Source of the DNA: Hydrolagus colliei
Lineage: Eukaryota
Direction of reading: 5' to 3'
Assembly (NCBI GenBank): GCA_035084275.1
Contig: CM068750.1
Coordinates: forward strand, 9,734,001 to 9,798,000
Length of the DNA stretch: 64,000 nucleotides
Shown here: positions 24,855 through 37,760 of the stretch, piece after piece
Layout: each line of letters begins with the position of its first letter
Numbering within the stretch: position 1 is the stretch's first letter
The notes under the pieces: generated by a model
What the model was told of the DNA's origin: nothing
The model's database searches: none
The model's input: the letters and a program-made list of their open reading frames with translations, nothing else
Translations under genes and position numbers: made by a program

Positions 24855-27800
24855 GTGAGTGACATATCTCTGTTTTTCTGCTGGAGGCACTCTTTGATTT
24901 GTAAATAACACAGTCTTTTTCCCCCTCAGATATGAAACTGTTTAGTGCACAAACGTGCAATACCAGACTGGAGTGTGCTGGATAGGAGATATCCAATTGT
25001 AGCTTCAGTTTAAAAAATAGAGTAGTATTTCAAAAGATAGTGCAGTTTTCTCTCCTCCTCCCCTTGTCGATTTAAAAAATATTTACTCCACTTCTTCACA
25101 TTTTACATGTATGATATGATGGATTACTGCCACTGCAGTCACAGAAGTCATCCCTTTGTAGATGGCTTAACATATAACTTGGAATGGGGGGAGGGGTGGG
25201 TGGGGGGGAAGGTTGGATTAAATAAAATGATCACAGTACCAAAGAAATGATACAGGAATTACTTATCAAAATACTGGCTGGGTTTTATCTGCAGCTTAAT
25301 TTTGTTCAGTACATTCTCGGGTGATGTTCAGATTAATTGAACTGACAGTTTCCTTTCAAAATTCAGGGAAGGTATTTGCACGGATTTCAGGTCTTATACA
25401 AACTTAATTACATGGAACCCCATTTNNNNNNNNNNNNNNNNNNNNNNNNNNNNNNNNNNNNNNNNNNNNNNNNNNNNNNNNNNNNNNNNNNNNNNNNNNN
25501 NNNNNNNNNNNNNNNNNNNNNNNNNNNNNNNNNNNNNNNNNNNNNNNNNNNNNNNNNNNNNNNNNNNNNNNNNNNNNNNNNTTTATCGGACTCCGTGCCT
25601 GNNNNNNNNNNNNNNNNNNNNNNNNNNNNNNNNNNNNNNNNNNNNNNNNNNNNNNNNNNNNNNNNNNNNNNNNNNNNNNNNNNNNNNNNNNNNNNNNNNN
25701 NNNNNNNNNNNNNNNNNNNNNNNNNNNNNNNNNNNNNNNNNNNNNNNNNNNNNNNNNNNNNNNNNNNNNNNNNNNNNNNNNNNNNNNNNNNNNNNNNNNN
25801 NNNNNNNNNNNNNNNNNNNNNNNNNNNNNNNNNNAAAGCTTAGCCACGGCCTTTTCATGCTAGTGCTATGTAGAAGGCAATGCGCCTAGCTACAGAAGCA
25901 GAAAATTGAGTTGCTTAGGTTCTGTCAGGATGACTTATGCAGAAATAAACTGCCAAACACGAAGATGAAAGACAAAATTACGGAATTGTTTTGCAAACAG
26001 TCGTAATTTTTCACAAAAATCAACAATTATATTTATGCCTTGGAATGGATTTAGAAATGGCACAGGTTCAAGAGAAGTTAAAGCTGTTGGTTTGACAAAG
26101 TAATTTGATTTAACAGTTTACATGATGTCTTTTTGAGATATGATGTGCCTCTGTAGATTTTTGTGTGTGCTAATTTACTGTATCTTAAGGAATTGGGGAC
26201 GCTGAGAGCCAGCTGCTCAACTATTACACTAAAATTATAGGCTTGACGTTTGTCAGCTGACATTGTAATTTCTTTTAATTATACACAACACTTACGTAGG
26301 TTGGCAAGTTGAAAGTCAAAAGTGAAGGAAGGGTTTTGTTTAAAAAAACAAGGGAAAACATAACACTTGTCACTGAACCAATCAGAACATGTTTTCAGTA
26401 TTCAAAAACCACCTGTCCAGCATATAGGGATTGGACACTTCTCTATAAATATATATATTATCTATATACAGTATATATTATACATATAGCAAGCGACTAA
26501 ATGAATGGGACCCCCCCACCGAACCTCCACCTCATTCAATGTAATTCTTGTTTACTGAACTAAACACCTTTTTGCACAAAGTGCTTTCACTGTAATCAAT
26601 TTTAAGAGCTTCCTTATTTGATGACAGCAAATTAATGGCCAGTGACAGTGAGCTGCAGCAGTCGTTTTTAGTTTCCAGCAACCACACGAGAGGAGAGATG
26701 CTGAATCATTCCTTTGTCTCAGCCGCACAATCAAGGCTTGGAGAAGCTACAAGGAAGCACTGTTTTGATATCAGCGAGTGCTGCATCATTCTCATCCAGC
26801 TGGCAAAACTGGGCTGGTGATTCCTTGGAGTTTACCTAAATGTTCATTTGTTATAGGAAGAGAGAGAGAAAGACAGGGAGCAATATTTAGACTACGCTGT
26901 ATAAAGAGAAGCTGAAAATGTTGTAAAGCCCTTTGTATTGCCATCAAAGATTGATCAAATGCGCTTTGTATATTACATACGTTTGCTTACTTTTTCCTTT
27001 AGGTGGGATGAAAGATTTTGTTGTTTCAGTTGTTAATTTTAAAAGATGTACTTAATTCTCTGAGGTGTGCATACTTAGAGGAATTTTAGTCCTATATAGG
27101 ATTTTAAAATCGTATGGCACCTGAAGACTGAGGTTTTGCTTTCTAGTGTCAAATTACTGTTTCTTTTTGAGTTTATCTGCTTGTTGGGAAAACATCTTTG
27201 GATTAAATTATGACTCGTGGGAAAATATTGTGGTGGTTAAATCCAGGCTTTTGCCAAGAATCAGTGTTTAATAGCATATGGTGTGAAATTTATCTTATCC
27301 CTCTATATGATGAATGATGACAGATACCAAATTCTGCATGCATGCACAGATTCAGTTCATCTTTCTGGGTTATGCAGTGGTTAGTTAGTATGTGCTATCT
27401 GTTATCCATCCGGTCAAAAAAATATATAAAAAAATAATTTAGTTCTGAATAATGGGAAGAGAATTTATAATGCCCTAAATTGGACTTTGCAGCATGGATT
27501 CTTATAGTACAAACACATGATTCCATGCTGCATTTGTGCATTGCAATTTTATTTTATGAGCTTACCAACCACTAGTATATACATCTTTTAATAGCCTCAT
27601 ATTTATTTTTTAATCACGGGATGACAGCGACAAATCTGCAAAGTTTTAAAATAAACCTCAATTTTAAAGATTTAATATGGTAATTAATTAACTTTTGTTA
27701 ATTTATCTGTCTAACATAAACCAGGCCTTGATACCACATTAGTCATTATGAGTGTTCAATATCCTAAATTGGAAAATTCTCTCTCCACGTCCTGACCAAT

Positions 27801-30800
27801 ATACAAGGGATAATCGAGCCAACAAGACTTATCTTTTCCTAGTTGTTTCATCCTAATTCTGACATTCTTAAGGATTTCGCTAAAATGTACGTCAATTATA
27901 TGAAAATGAACAATGATTATGATACCCAATCATTGTTAAAATATGGCTGCCAGTTCAATATTAATGGACAAGTACCAAAAGAATATATCAAATAATTAGC
28001 ATCAAAAGACGGTAATAAGTAGCTTATTAAAATCCATGGAAAGATTTTCTGACCTTAGTACTCTGAGGAATACATATCATATGACACAGAAGTCATCTTG
28101 CAATATAAGCACCCTCCTTGGGCTCCCTGTTGGATCACCTGTCTATGACATTTAATAAGCTATGTGTATGATTTATTGTGTGCCCTTTTGACAAGATCTA
28201 AAAACTGAAATGTTATAGTCCTTGCTGGCATCCAGTACTGCTTTCATTATACCCTCATCTAATGGAAGTGTTACATTTAGTCAAATGGATTATATGTAGA
28301 GTTGTGCAGATCCTGCACATTCCCTGTAGTCGTCATTCAGAGCATAATAAAATTATGCTATCAATTTGCTATGAAAGGAACACTAGGGGTCAGTGACTTA
28401 TACCCCAGTGTGTTTACACTGTAATCTTCTGCATCTCAAGCCTGTGGTGACACAAAGTACACGGGTTCAGTTTACCAACTTCTTAATGGAACCGAAAGAT
28501 TAGCCAAGTAGGATGTCAGTGTTAAACAGATATGTTCTGGAAGGTTATGCACAGTAACAGTTTTAACTCTTCAACTTTGCAGTTTTGTGATGGAAATGCA
28601 ATGGGAGAGACGGAAACATAGATGAGATGGTCAACCCAATTTTAATCATGCTGATTAGGAGACTGGTGTTGCCACTAGATCCTAGAATTAACTGACTTTC
28701 TAACTAGGACATTGATTGCAACTATTGCTTTTGTTACACATGGAACTCAGCAATCACTACTGGATAAATTTAACTCAAAGTATTTTTTCTTCTCAAAAGT
28801 CAGGCAGCTGCCAGTTATTACCAGAATTTCTACCTGCATTCGCATCATTAAATCACTTTGCAGCACTTTACACACCTGATCTTTCTCAGTCCAGACAGTG
28901 GTATATTGCTCTGCATCCATGAATTCCCTCATTGACCACTGACTAGTTCCCAAATGTGTGCTTTATCATCTTTTGTCTACCCCACAACTCATGCCCCATC
29001 TTGTACTTCATGCCCTCAGAGACGGCTAATTTTCCACCCTCATGGATTGTTCTCTCCTACTTCAAAAACATCAGTTCTTCTTGTAGGTAGAATATGAATG
29101 ATTTTCAATACATATGCATACAGAATGGTGGAGTAATTTAATGTATAGATATTTTGTATAGATACCTTTACTTTATATTTTTTGTTTCCCTTTTGATATA
29201 TGGTCTATGCCTACAAGGGGTTGGGAATATCATCTGAATTCGATGACACTGTAGTAATAGATCAATATTTTGTTCCTCTATCCTTCCCCCCTGCCTTCCC
29301 AATGCCATCACTTGAATTCAAAAGATGGATATTGTGGCACTGTTTTTCTCACGTCTCTTGTTAACGACACGCCAGCATGATGCACGATTTAAGTAGTGGT
29401 AAAATGGACAATGTCAGCCTTCCCTTCCCTTTAGAGATGAAAACTCTGTTGCTATTGTGCTGAGTTCCATCCAGGGGTCCGGTCTAGAACCGATAACTCA
29501 TTGAACAGAAAGAGGCAAGTTGAAGGGACTGGCGGCTCTGGGACTCCTATTCACAGCCTCCTGGTTGTGAGCTAAATGCTTAAATCAATTGAGATCGTAG
29601 GTTCCCTTTTTGATTGTATTCAAAGAAAAGCTTTTTGATTAAACTAAAAATATCCTTACAATTCTTCATAGAACTCCAATAAAAAAATGTTGACTGCTAA
29701 TCACTAGCAGGAACGACCCACCTGTTACATAGAGCTTTTGTTATTTCACCATTGTCTGACAATCATAAATCTTGGCTTGGTAATGGCCCCCAGAATTGGT
29801 AACCAAGTAGATTTAGAAATGAGCTCTTGTTATAGAAAACAGGTGGCAGCAGTGATGGCTTTGTAGGTATGTGCACCTTGTATTAATAAAACCTTCAAAT
29901 AGCCAAAGCAAAATGCAAACTGATACTTAAAGGAGCCATGTCATCTTGTGTGTGGGGTGGAGAGGGTGACATGTTGCCATATCATTGGTGTTAGCTTGGG
30001 AGCAATCTTTGCTGTGACTATAATGGCTGGAATTACATCATACACCAAGTTAAATCTTTCTGTTGAAAACAGCATCAAACAATCATGGTCATAGTAGCAT
30101 TTCACCTGCAAAGAGACTGGTTGCTTACTGTCTGAGCAGCAGTCAATGATCAGATGACAGCAGTGACATCAGAATCATGTCAAAATGTTATGTCAATGGA
30201 TGTTTACGGCTTGTAATTCTGAAATGCCAGATCACATGGGCTCTTTAATACTTTAAGCAAGATGTCCTAATATCTGAAAAATGTGAAACGAGAACAGATT
30301 ATTCAATTGCTTAGAGGCAGGTTGAAATTATGAGCTAATATTGCAATATTATAATATCTGAACAGGGAATTTATATTAAAGCTGGATTTTTTTTGGGGGG
30401 TGGGGTTGAGGTAACATGTTTTTCTTAATATCTGCAGCATCAGTTGTGTGATCCAGCATGCTTAGAGTCAATGTGACACACCTTGCTTGCATAAATCAAC
30501 TTTAATTTTAAGGTAGGTGGCAGTAAGAAAACCGTATTCAATATAGATAGAGAAAAATAGACTGAAACAGAGTGAAGGATGCAGTGTACACAAATAAGCA
30601 GCTTAATGCATCTTGGCACACAGTGTAAGCCTTGTAGGAGCTTGGAAAGCCTGAGGCAATCTGTGAGTTGAATAGCAATTTTATTACTTTGTCATTAAAC
30701 CAATTTCACAGCAGTATTGTTTGTTAATGAGCAGCAGCAAACGAGTGAAGATGTCACACAGTGGAATAGCAGTGAGATTTGTGGCCAAAGACTGCATCAT

Positions 30801-33615
30801 TCAGATGAAAAGGCCATCGAAGGCTATAAGCTATAATAAAGAACAATTTTTTTAAAATAGTAGTGTGTAGAGTCAGACAGGTATTTTTTATCTAACAGCT
30901 GTAGGAATAATGTATGTAAAATTTCAAACACAATAACCATTTGCTCTTAATTCTTTTAGGGGGAAATGCTTCTTCTGCTCGTCTCCTAAGTGCATAAGTT
31001 TCATTTTTTTGTATCAATATCTACAAAATATTACAATTGTAATGTACAGCCTTGGAAAAAAGACTGGATACTATTATTTATTATATTTTTAAAGCATCGT
31101 GAAAGCATTATTTTAGACCAAAGCTATATTTTGATTTGATTGAGTGTGCTAACTGCAATATTGTACAAAGTACATTTTACTTTAGGTTGATGCACATTGT
31201 AAATAAACTTAAAGGAAATATTGTAAGTTAAGGCAAATTTGAAGATGGGCAGTGTCTCCTGAAATAGCCTTCCTATAGAAAATATTGCTGAGACATCCAC
31301 AGAATCTTACGGTAAAGTCAGAAATGTAACTATAATACCGGCAAAACAGGACCAGTTGTTGGAATTACACACATTTCTATTATACTGCACCTTTGTTACT
31401 GCACAGATAAAACTATTTTCTGAACCAGAGCTCATATTTATAGTCCTGGGAGTTCAGAAAGACTTTTTATGCCTGGCAGGACAAGAACCTCTGACAAACC
31501 ACTGGCTGACCTGTTCTAGTTGGAAACTTTTCAAGCATATCCTCCTCCTGGGGCATTATTGGATAGAAATGCCAGATAGATCAATTCACTTTTAGATTCC
31601 TACAATGATGTGTAGCTCATTTGAAGTATATATATTTTTCCACATTCTTATCATCTGAATAATTGTCAAATGCAATGTATGCATAAATATCACATTTCAA
31701 AAGATAAATAGCTAACAGTACTGCTAACAGCGTTGGATATTGCAGATGTGAATTCAAGAAAGGAATCTGAAATCATTATTAGTTGTTTACCACCTGTCAG
31801 TTTTACAAGTGATAACATGCTCAAAAGGAAGCGATCAGTGACATTAAAATTAATGATGGCAGGGCCTGTGGCATACAGATATATAGGTAAAACACTGTTT
31901 TGGTAAAAGGCAAGGATAAATTGAATTAAAGATTCTAGCCAAGGTCTGATCTTATCCAATGTAATCAGACATTCTGATGTGTAGTGTGGTTTGAGAACAT
32001 GTTAATTACTCTTGTTTCTTCACTACTGGCAATGGATTTTGAACAGTCAGAGAGAGAGAAAAAAATACATTCATTACATAATCAGCTCAGTTGTTTTATT
32101 TTTGCTTAAGGTTGCTAAGTTACCACAGTAGGGTTTTGTTTCACTCTTTCCCCATAGAGATGTTTGAGGGCTTCAAACAGTTTTTTTTAATCAGATAAAA
32201 CTTTAGGAGAAGAGGAACTAAAAATATTAACGTGCATCAGACAGCTAGTTAGTTAACAGGCTGTCACCGCAGGGACCGAGACTAATAGTCACCTGTCTTA
32301 AGTGATTAGGTCTAGACATCAGTTTACTTATCCCTGGTGTACGAAACTGTGGTCTACATTGGTCAAACGTTAATGTGCAAGGGGAGGTGGGATGGTTGGC
32401 GGGTGGGAAACAGCAAAATAATCTGCATTTAAAAAAAATCAGTACAGTAAAACATTTCAAATGTATTTTCTGTTGATATTGTTTTCCTTGTGGTTAAACC
32501 TGCATTGGATCAACTCAACTGAATTTTTTTTCCAAAAAAGTACTGAGCAGATACTGTATTCAAATTCTTTAAAACATTTTTATATACATAACTGCTCATA
32601 CCACTTTCAAAATAACTGAATCACAAGTTGTTTTCTTCTTTTTATTTTGTTTAAATACATTTTTAAATCAAAACACATCAACATTTTCAGATTTGTTTTA
32701 AAAATCAGCTGTTGAAGTGTGCATAAACATCCTATCGATGGAATAGACAAATCTAAAATAGTGTCCCCTTTTGAATGCTGTAGAACTTCACATAAATTGT
32801 AGCGAACAAATATTTTTTTACACAAATATGACACTGTATCAGCATTTTATACCAGGACACGTGGCCAATGTGGCATGCATATGTGGTAGTAAATTCTACA
32901 GTATTAAACTTTGGCAAGTGCACATATCAGTCAGTCGCAAGTATAACTAGTTTGTGAGGACATTGCGTGTATTATTGCAGTGTTAAAAAGATAATGGCTT
33001 GGGGAAAATCACTTGAAAGACAGCCTATTATAAACAAGGAAGGGGCAGGGGGAGGCAGGAGGTGAAAGAAAAGAAGATTATTTCATATATACTCATACTC
33101 CAAAGGGCATGGGTGTTTTGCTTTACAAGGTAGAGTGCACTTTATAAAGGATCAGCAATTTTCTACAAGATGTTAGCAAGCGGAGTTGAAAAACCTATTA
33201 ATGTTTTATAAATTAGAAAGCAATACGGTGAAGAGTAGCTTTAACAATAAAAATATTTGAGACTTAGCAGAAATGAAAAAAGGGGAGAAAGTGGTGCACA
33301 TTTACTAATGTTGTTTGAATCTGAAAATTTGGCCTTAGGGATGAAACTGACACACTAGTTCGGCAACCAGTATCTGCTTTCATTTGCACACAACAGTTAG
33401 GCTTTGTGGGCTTTGCCTTGGGATTTATCTGATTGGAATTTTTTTGCCAACTCTCGTTACCCCCCACCCACCTTCTCCTTTCCTGAAGGCACTGAAACAT
33501 TCTATGACTATACCTTCAAGTAACTCACTAAGATGATCATTCTTTAGGTGATCTTGTATAGCGAGTGTCAGAAAGGAGATTACCAGATCTGATCACCCTT
33601 CCCCCAGATAAAATT

Positions 33616-33792
33616 GGTCATTGTTTTCATGGCTGGATCATGGGACATTGCTGTGCGTAAATTGGCTGCCATATCAAATCTAAGGATTGTTATATTATTA
33701 TGTTCACCCACAAATAGTCACTTTTCTTTACACAATATTCTGTGAAGCATGTGGAGACATCTTCCCAATGTGAAACATCAAATACAAAGATT
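33616..33792 (+). mobile_element. Partial, rearranged Deu-type SINE
   Basis: tgggacattgctgtgcgtaaattggctgcc core plus tattctgtgaagcat...gagacatct tail segment. Confidence 0.65.
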
Positions 33793-34654
33793 CTAGAAAT
33801 ATCATCACATTTGATCTAGGTTTGGTCTTCACCTGACATGCCTTGTGCAGGAGGGTCTCAGAAAAGCATCTAGTCAGAGAAAACTAGTTGATTTCCCTCA
33901 TCCCCTGCCATCCATGGTCATAAAGGACAATGGATGTTTACCATCTACACCCTCACCTAAATCATTGCAAACATTATCAAATTTAGCTTGAGTCCCTTTC
34001 CCTACATTAGTATTTTCTATTATAGCCTGGGTTATTGTTCCTAAAATAATTACAATACAAGTATAAACATGATTATAAGTAAAGCAATAATGCCAAGTAC
34101 TAGATTTCACTCTTATGCACTCTTAGTGCATTGCTTGGCAAATGCACAACAGTTTTCCCATATAGACAATGGTTCACAAAGAAGCTCAGGCTGAATGAAT
34201 TGGGTGTTTTATATGACTTTTGAGTATGGTTTATAGCGGAACAATGTTGGACACTATTGATCAAACAATTATCATTTTACCCTCATCTTGTATAGAATTG
34301 CCCTGTTGCCGTTACTCAGCAAATAGTGATTTTGAACCCCAGCAATAGATAGTTCAGCGTGTGTGCTGCCTACTATAATGACAGAGCAGCAACTCTCTGT
34401 GGAGTCAATCAGTCCCATAATTGAGATATTTTCCACTCTGCTCCTGATTCACTGCTCTTATTCTGAATGACACTTGGAGGAGTACTTGGAGGTCAGGCAC
34501 TTCAGTTTATTGACCTGAAATGGTGGTTGCAAAAAGGTAGGACAAGCAGCTAATCACAAAATAGAAACAAAGAACAAGATGACAAGTACAATGTAAAAAC
34601 AGTTTCAATCTGTTGCCAGAGTAAAGATTCTTTTAAGATTCCTAGATACCTGTG

Positions 34655-34696
<42 letters not shown>

Positions 34697-34698
34697 TA
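34655..34698. repeat. (TA)n microsatellite
   Basis: About 22 TA units with one interruption. Confidence 0.95.
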
Positions 34699-37540
34699 GT
34701 TGAATAGTATACAAATATTGAGATCCAAACTCAGCATATGAAAGATTTAGAGTATTTTGATAAATCCATTAATGTAATCTCTGATCCAATCAAATAACCT
34801 AACATGAGTGCTTGAAAATGGAGCTGTTAGGTTTACTGTGTAGTTATAAATGATAAAACATTTCATTTACGCATGAATGGTTGGCAGAAAATTCTACTGG
34901 GTCCCAAACTCTTCTCCAGAAAACCCCAACTCCGTACCTTAAGAATTACAAGTTGCATGGAAGTACATCAATACACCTCAAGTGGAAAATTTACCCTTGT
35001 AACATAAACATATCATGGTAGAGCTAATTTATCCTTAGCTCTATTAGGAGTTCCCCTAAGAAAAGGATCTGCACTCAGATTTTTTTTTCTTTCTTTGGAT
35101 CATGGGAGATGTATGTGACTGACTTACAGACAGATGTAAAGTAACCTCTCTAACCCCCTTCTTTGGGCCGTACAGACTTCATAAAAAAATGTTTGCTACT
35201 GTGATTAAGGTATTAGAGGTCAACAGAAATATGAAGTGCACTTCAGGCAAGATTTGCCATTGGGGAAGATGGCACATTCTTTCTTGGTATGGAAATAGGT
35301 AGTGTGTGTACAGGTTGGATGTAGATAGTTGCCACAATAAGGCTTCTTTCATACAGGTGTGTTGATGCCTCAGGCTTATTGGCTGGAGTCCATTGAATGT
35401 ACAGAAGTTAAATTGAACAATAACAACTGAATCTCAAAAGGTGAGTGTCAGAAGAGATGCCTGAGAGCTGTCTCTGAGCCAACCAAAGCCTGTTGCAGTT
35501 GTCAGAGCTTGTTGATGTTGCAGCGAACAGAGCAGTTTTCCACCAGATTTTGTGGTTCTGCCTTAGGAAAGAAAGTAAAATAGAACAGAAGAACAAAGTC
35601 CCGGTACATAAATCAGCAGCTGCTCTTCGCCAGATCAAAGAGTGACATATTCACTCCTGGTCTGCTTGTCCACTTTAGGTGGTTGATAGACAGCTAACAG
35701 CTGGCCTACTGCGGAAGAAGATACAGGGCCATGTCATAACTTTCATAATATTAACCGATTATTTAATCGCAATTGCAAAGAGAAAAATAAGGTCAAAAGG
35801 AAAAGCAGTACAGCATTAGAGCATACTTGGTTTAATCTAAGATCTCATTCCATCAATTGCTTCAAATTGTGCCAAAACTTTTTCTGTTTAATATGTGCTG
35901 GTTGATTTATTTAGGTAAAATCAATATGTTTGGATCAATTATTTTGAATATAGGTCTTCTTCGCCCTCCCCCCAATCAATCGAATAGACAGCCAAATTAG
36001 TTTTAAAATCTTTATCAGCAAAATTTACTCATCAAACAATCATCCATTGACTGAGAAAATCTCCTCTCCCATTGGATTCCCTACAATTACTTAACTCTTA
36101 TCTATAGCAATATTTTGCAGATCTATTAGCCAGTTCAAAAGATATTCTTTAAATGTTAAACGTGGCTGCCCCAATTATTTTTGCCATACAATATTCAATT
36201 TCATCTGTAGAATAGGATTTGCTGCATCAGATTACAATCAGGTTTAAAGTACGGTACTTGATGTCTTGAAATGTACTATTTATTTAGAAAATGTATAAAT
36301 AATTAACCAACACAAAAACCCTTGGCAACATTTTAATTAACTGTATTGCAGAAGTATCAAATTTAATGCTTTCACTACATTAATCCAAGTAGGTTTTGGA
36401 GCACAAAATGTTTATTAAAATTAAGTATGATTAATACATTAGATCTGTAATCATCTACCAATTAAAAAGCAACAGCCAATTTAGAAATCTGGCATTCCTA
36501 AGTAATAACACATTCAACAATATACAAAAATTAACATTTCATTAAGATCAATTAAATTGTTTTTGAAGAAATTCAGAACTTTCATAAAGCAAGACATCTG
36601 TAGCTGAATATCTTAATTCATGAATATTAGTTCAGGGAGGTAGAAAATTGCAGAACGGATGATTGGTTACCCTGAACCTCAAAACATTAAGAACAGACAG
36701 GAATGTGGATTTTTTAATGCATATTGTTTACCATTGATACATTGATTTTATAAAAATAGTACTACAATATGACAGTATATTGAGAAAATAGCTCTATAAA
36801 TATATCATGTACATTTGAAGCATGAAGACTTAGGGGAGGAGTTAAAGGATGTGGACAGGATTTCCTTTCTCCTCCCCTCCCCCCCTCATTGCTTGGATTA
36901 TTCAAAAAAGCATTCTTGTATTTAAACTCACTTTTCATGGCTTGGAATAACCAAAAAAAAATACCGTGGAATAAGATTTTAAATTGCTCCCACCCAACAA
37001 ATTTAGAGCTGAAACAATAATTTAGCCATTATTATTGACTCATCCAATAAGTGGTTTTCTGAACTGATCAGACCAGCAAGGCCAGCAATACAGTTGACCT
37101 TAATGCTCCTAGACTTTGGGTGGGGAAAGGGTTGTGTAAAGTAAAATCAGTAGAGTTTCCCCACTGCTGATAGATATCTAATAACTTCAGGTAGAAAGCA
37201 CAATCATGGATCTCAGGAACTAACTCGGCAATTTTGCTTCCCGACCATTGAATTGCATGCCAATAATCACTTTCACACCTCACCCATAAAGAAGCCACTC
37301 ACATGGGTGGGGTACTGAAAGAAGACTGACATATACGCTATTGTAAACATGTCGGCAACTTCAGTGCAACAAATGAGAATATGTTTTATAAGCAAAACGT
37401 TTTTTCTGTTTGCTGAGGTGGTATAGTAAACTCTTAATATCTAGCAGGTGCATTAAATATTAGCAATAGCCCAGTTTACACAGATCAGGATTGAGGATAT
37501 GTGTACAGTACAACACAAAATTGTATTTGTAAAACATCTT

Positions 37541-37760
37541 AACAACAATAAAATTACATTTATAGAGCACTTTTCACGTCGGGAGGATGTCCCAAGACAT
37601 TGAACAGTCAGGATCAGGACCCAAGCAAGGAAGATGGGCAGGGTAGGGGTGAGGGGAGGCAGAGAGGTGGGAGGGCAGTTGAAAGCAGTCCAAAAGGAGG
37701 GTCTTGAGACTAGCCTTGAAGTAGGCAAGGGAGGAAGCAAGGCAGTAGGAAGAGGGTGAC
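37541..37760 (-). mobile_element. Degenerate L2-type LINE 3' end
   Basis: aacaacaat...tttatagagcacttttcacgtc...gtcccaagacatt, followed by aaaaggagggtcttgagactagccttgaa, typical of an antisense L2 3' region. Confidence 0.6.

Noticed and set aside
24624-24908. 94-aa ORF overlapping the homeobox exon
   Set aside because: Wrong frame; the real exon is 24778-24854 in another frame.
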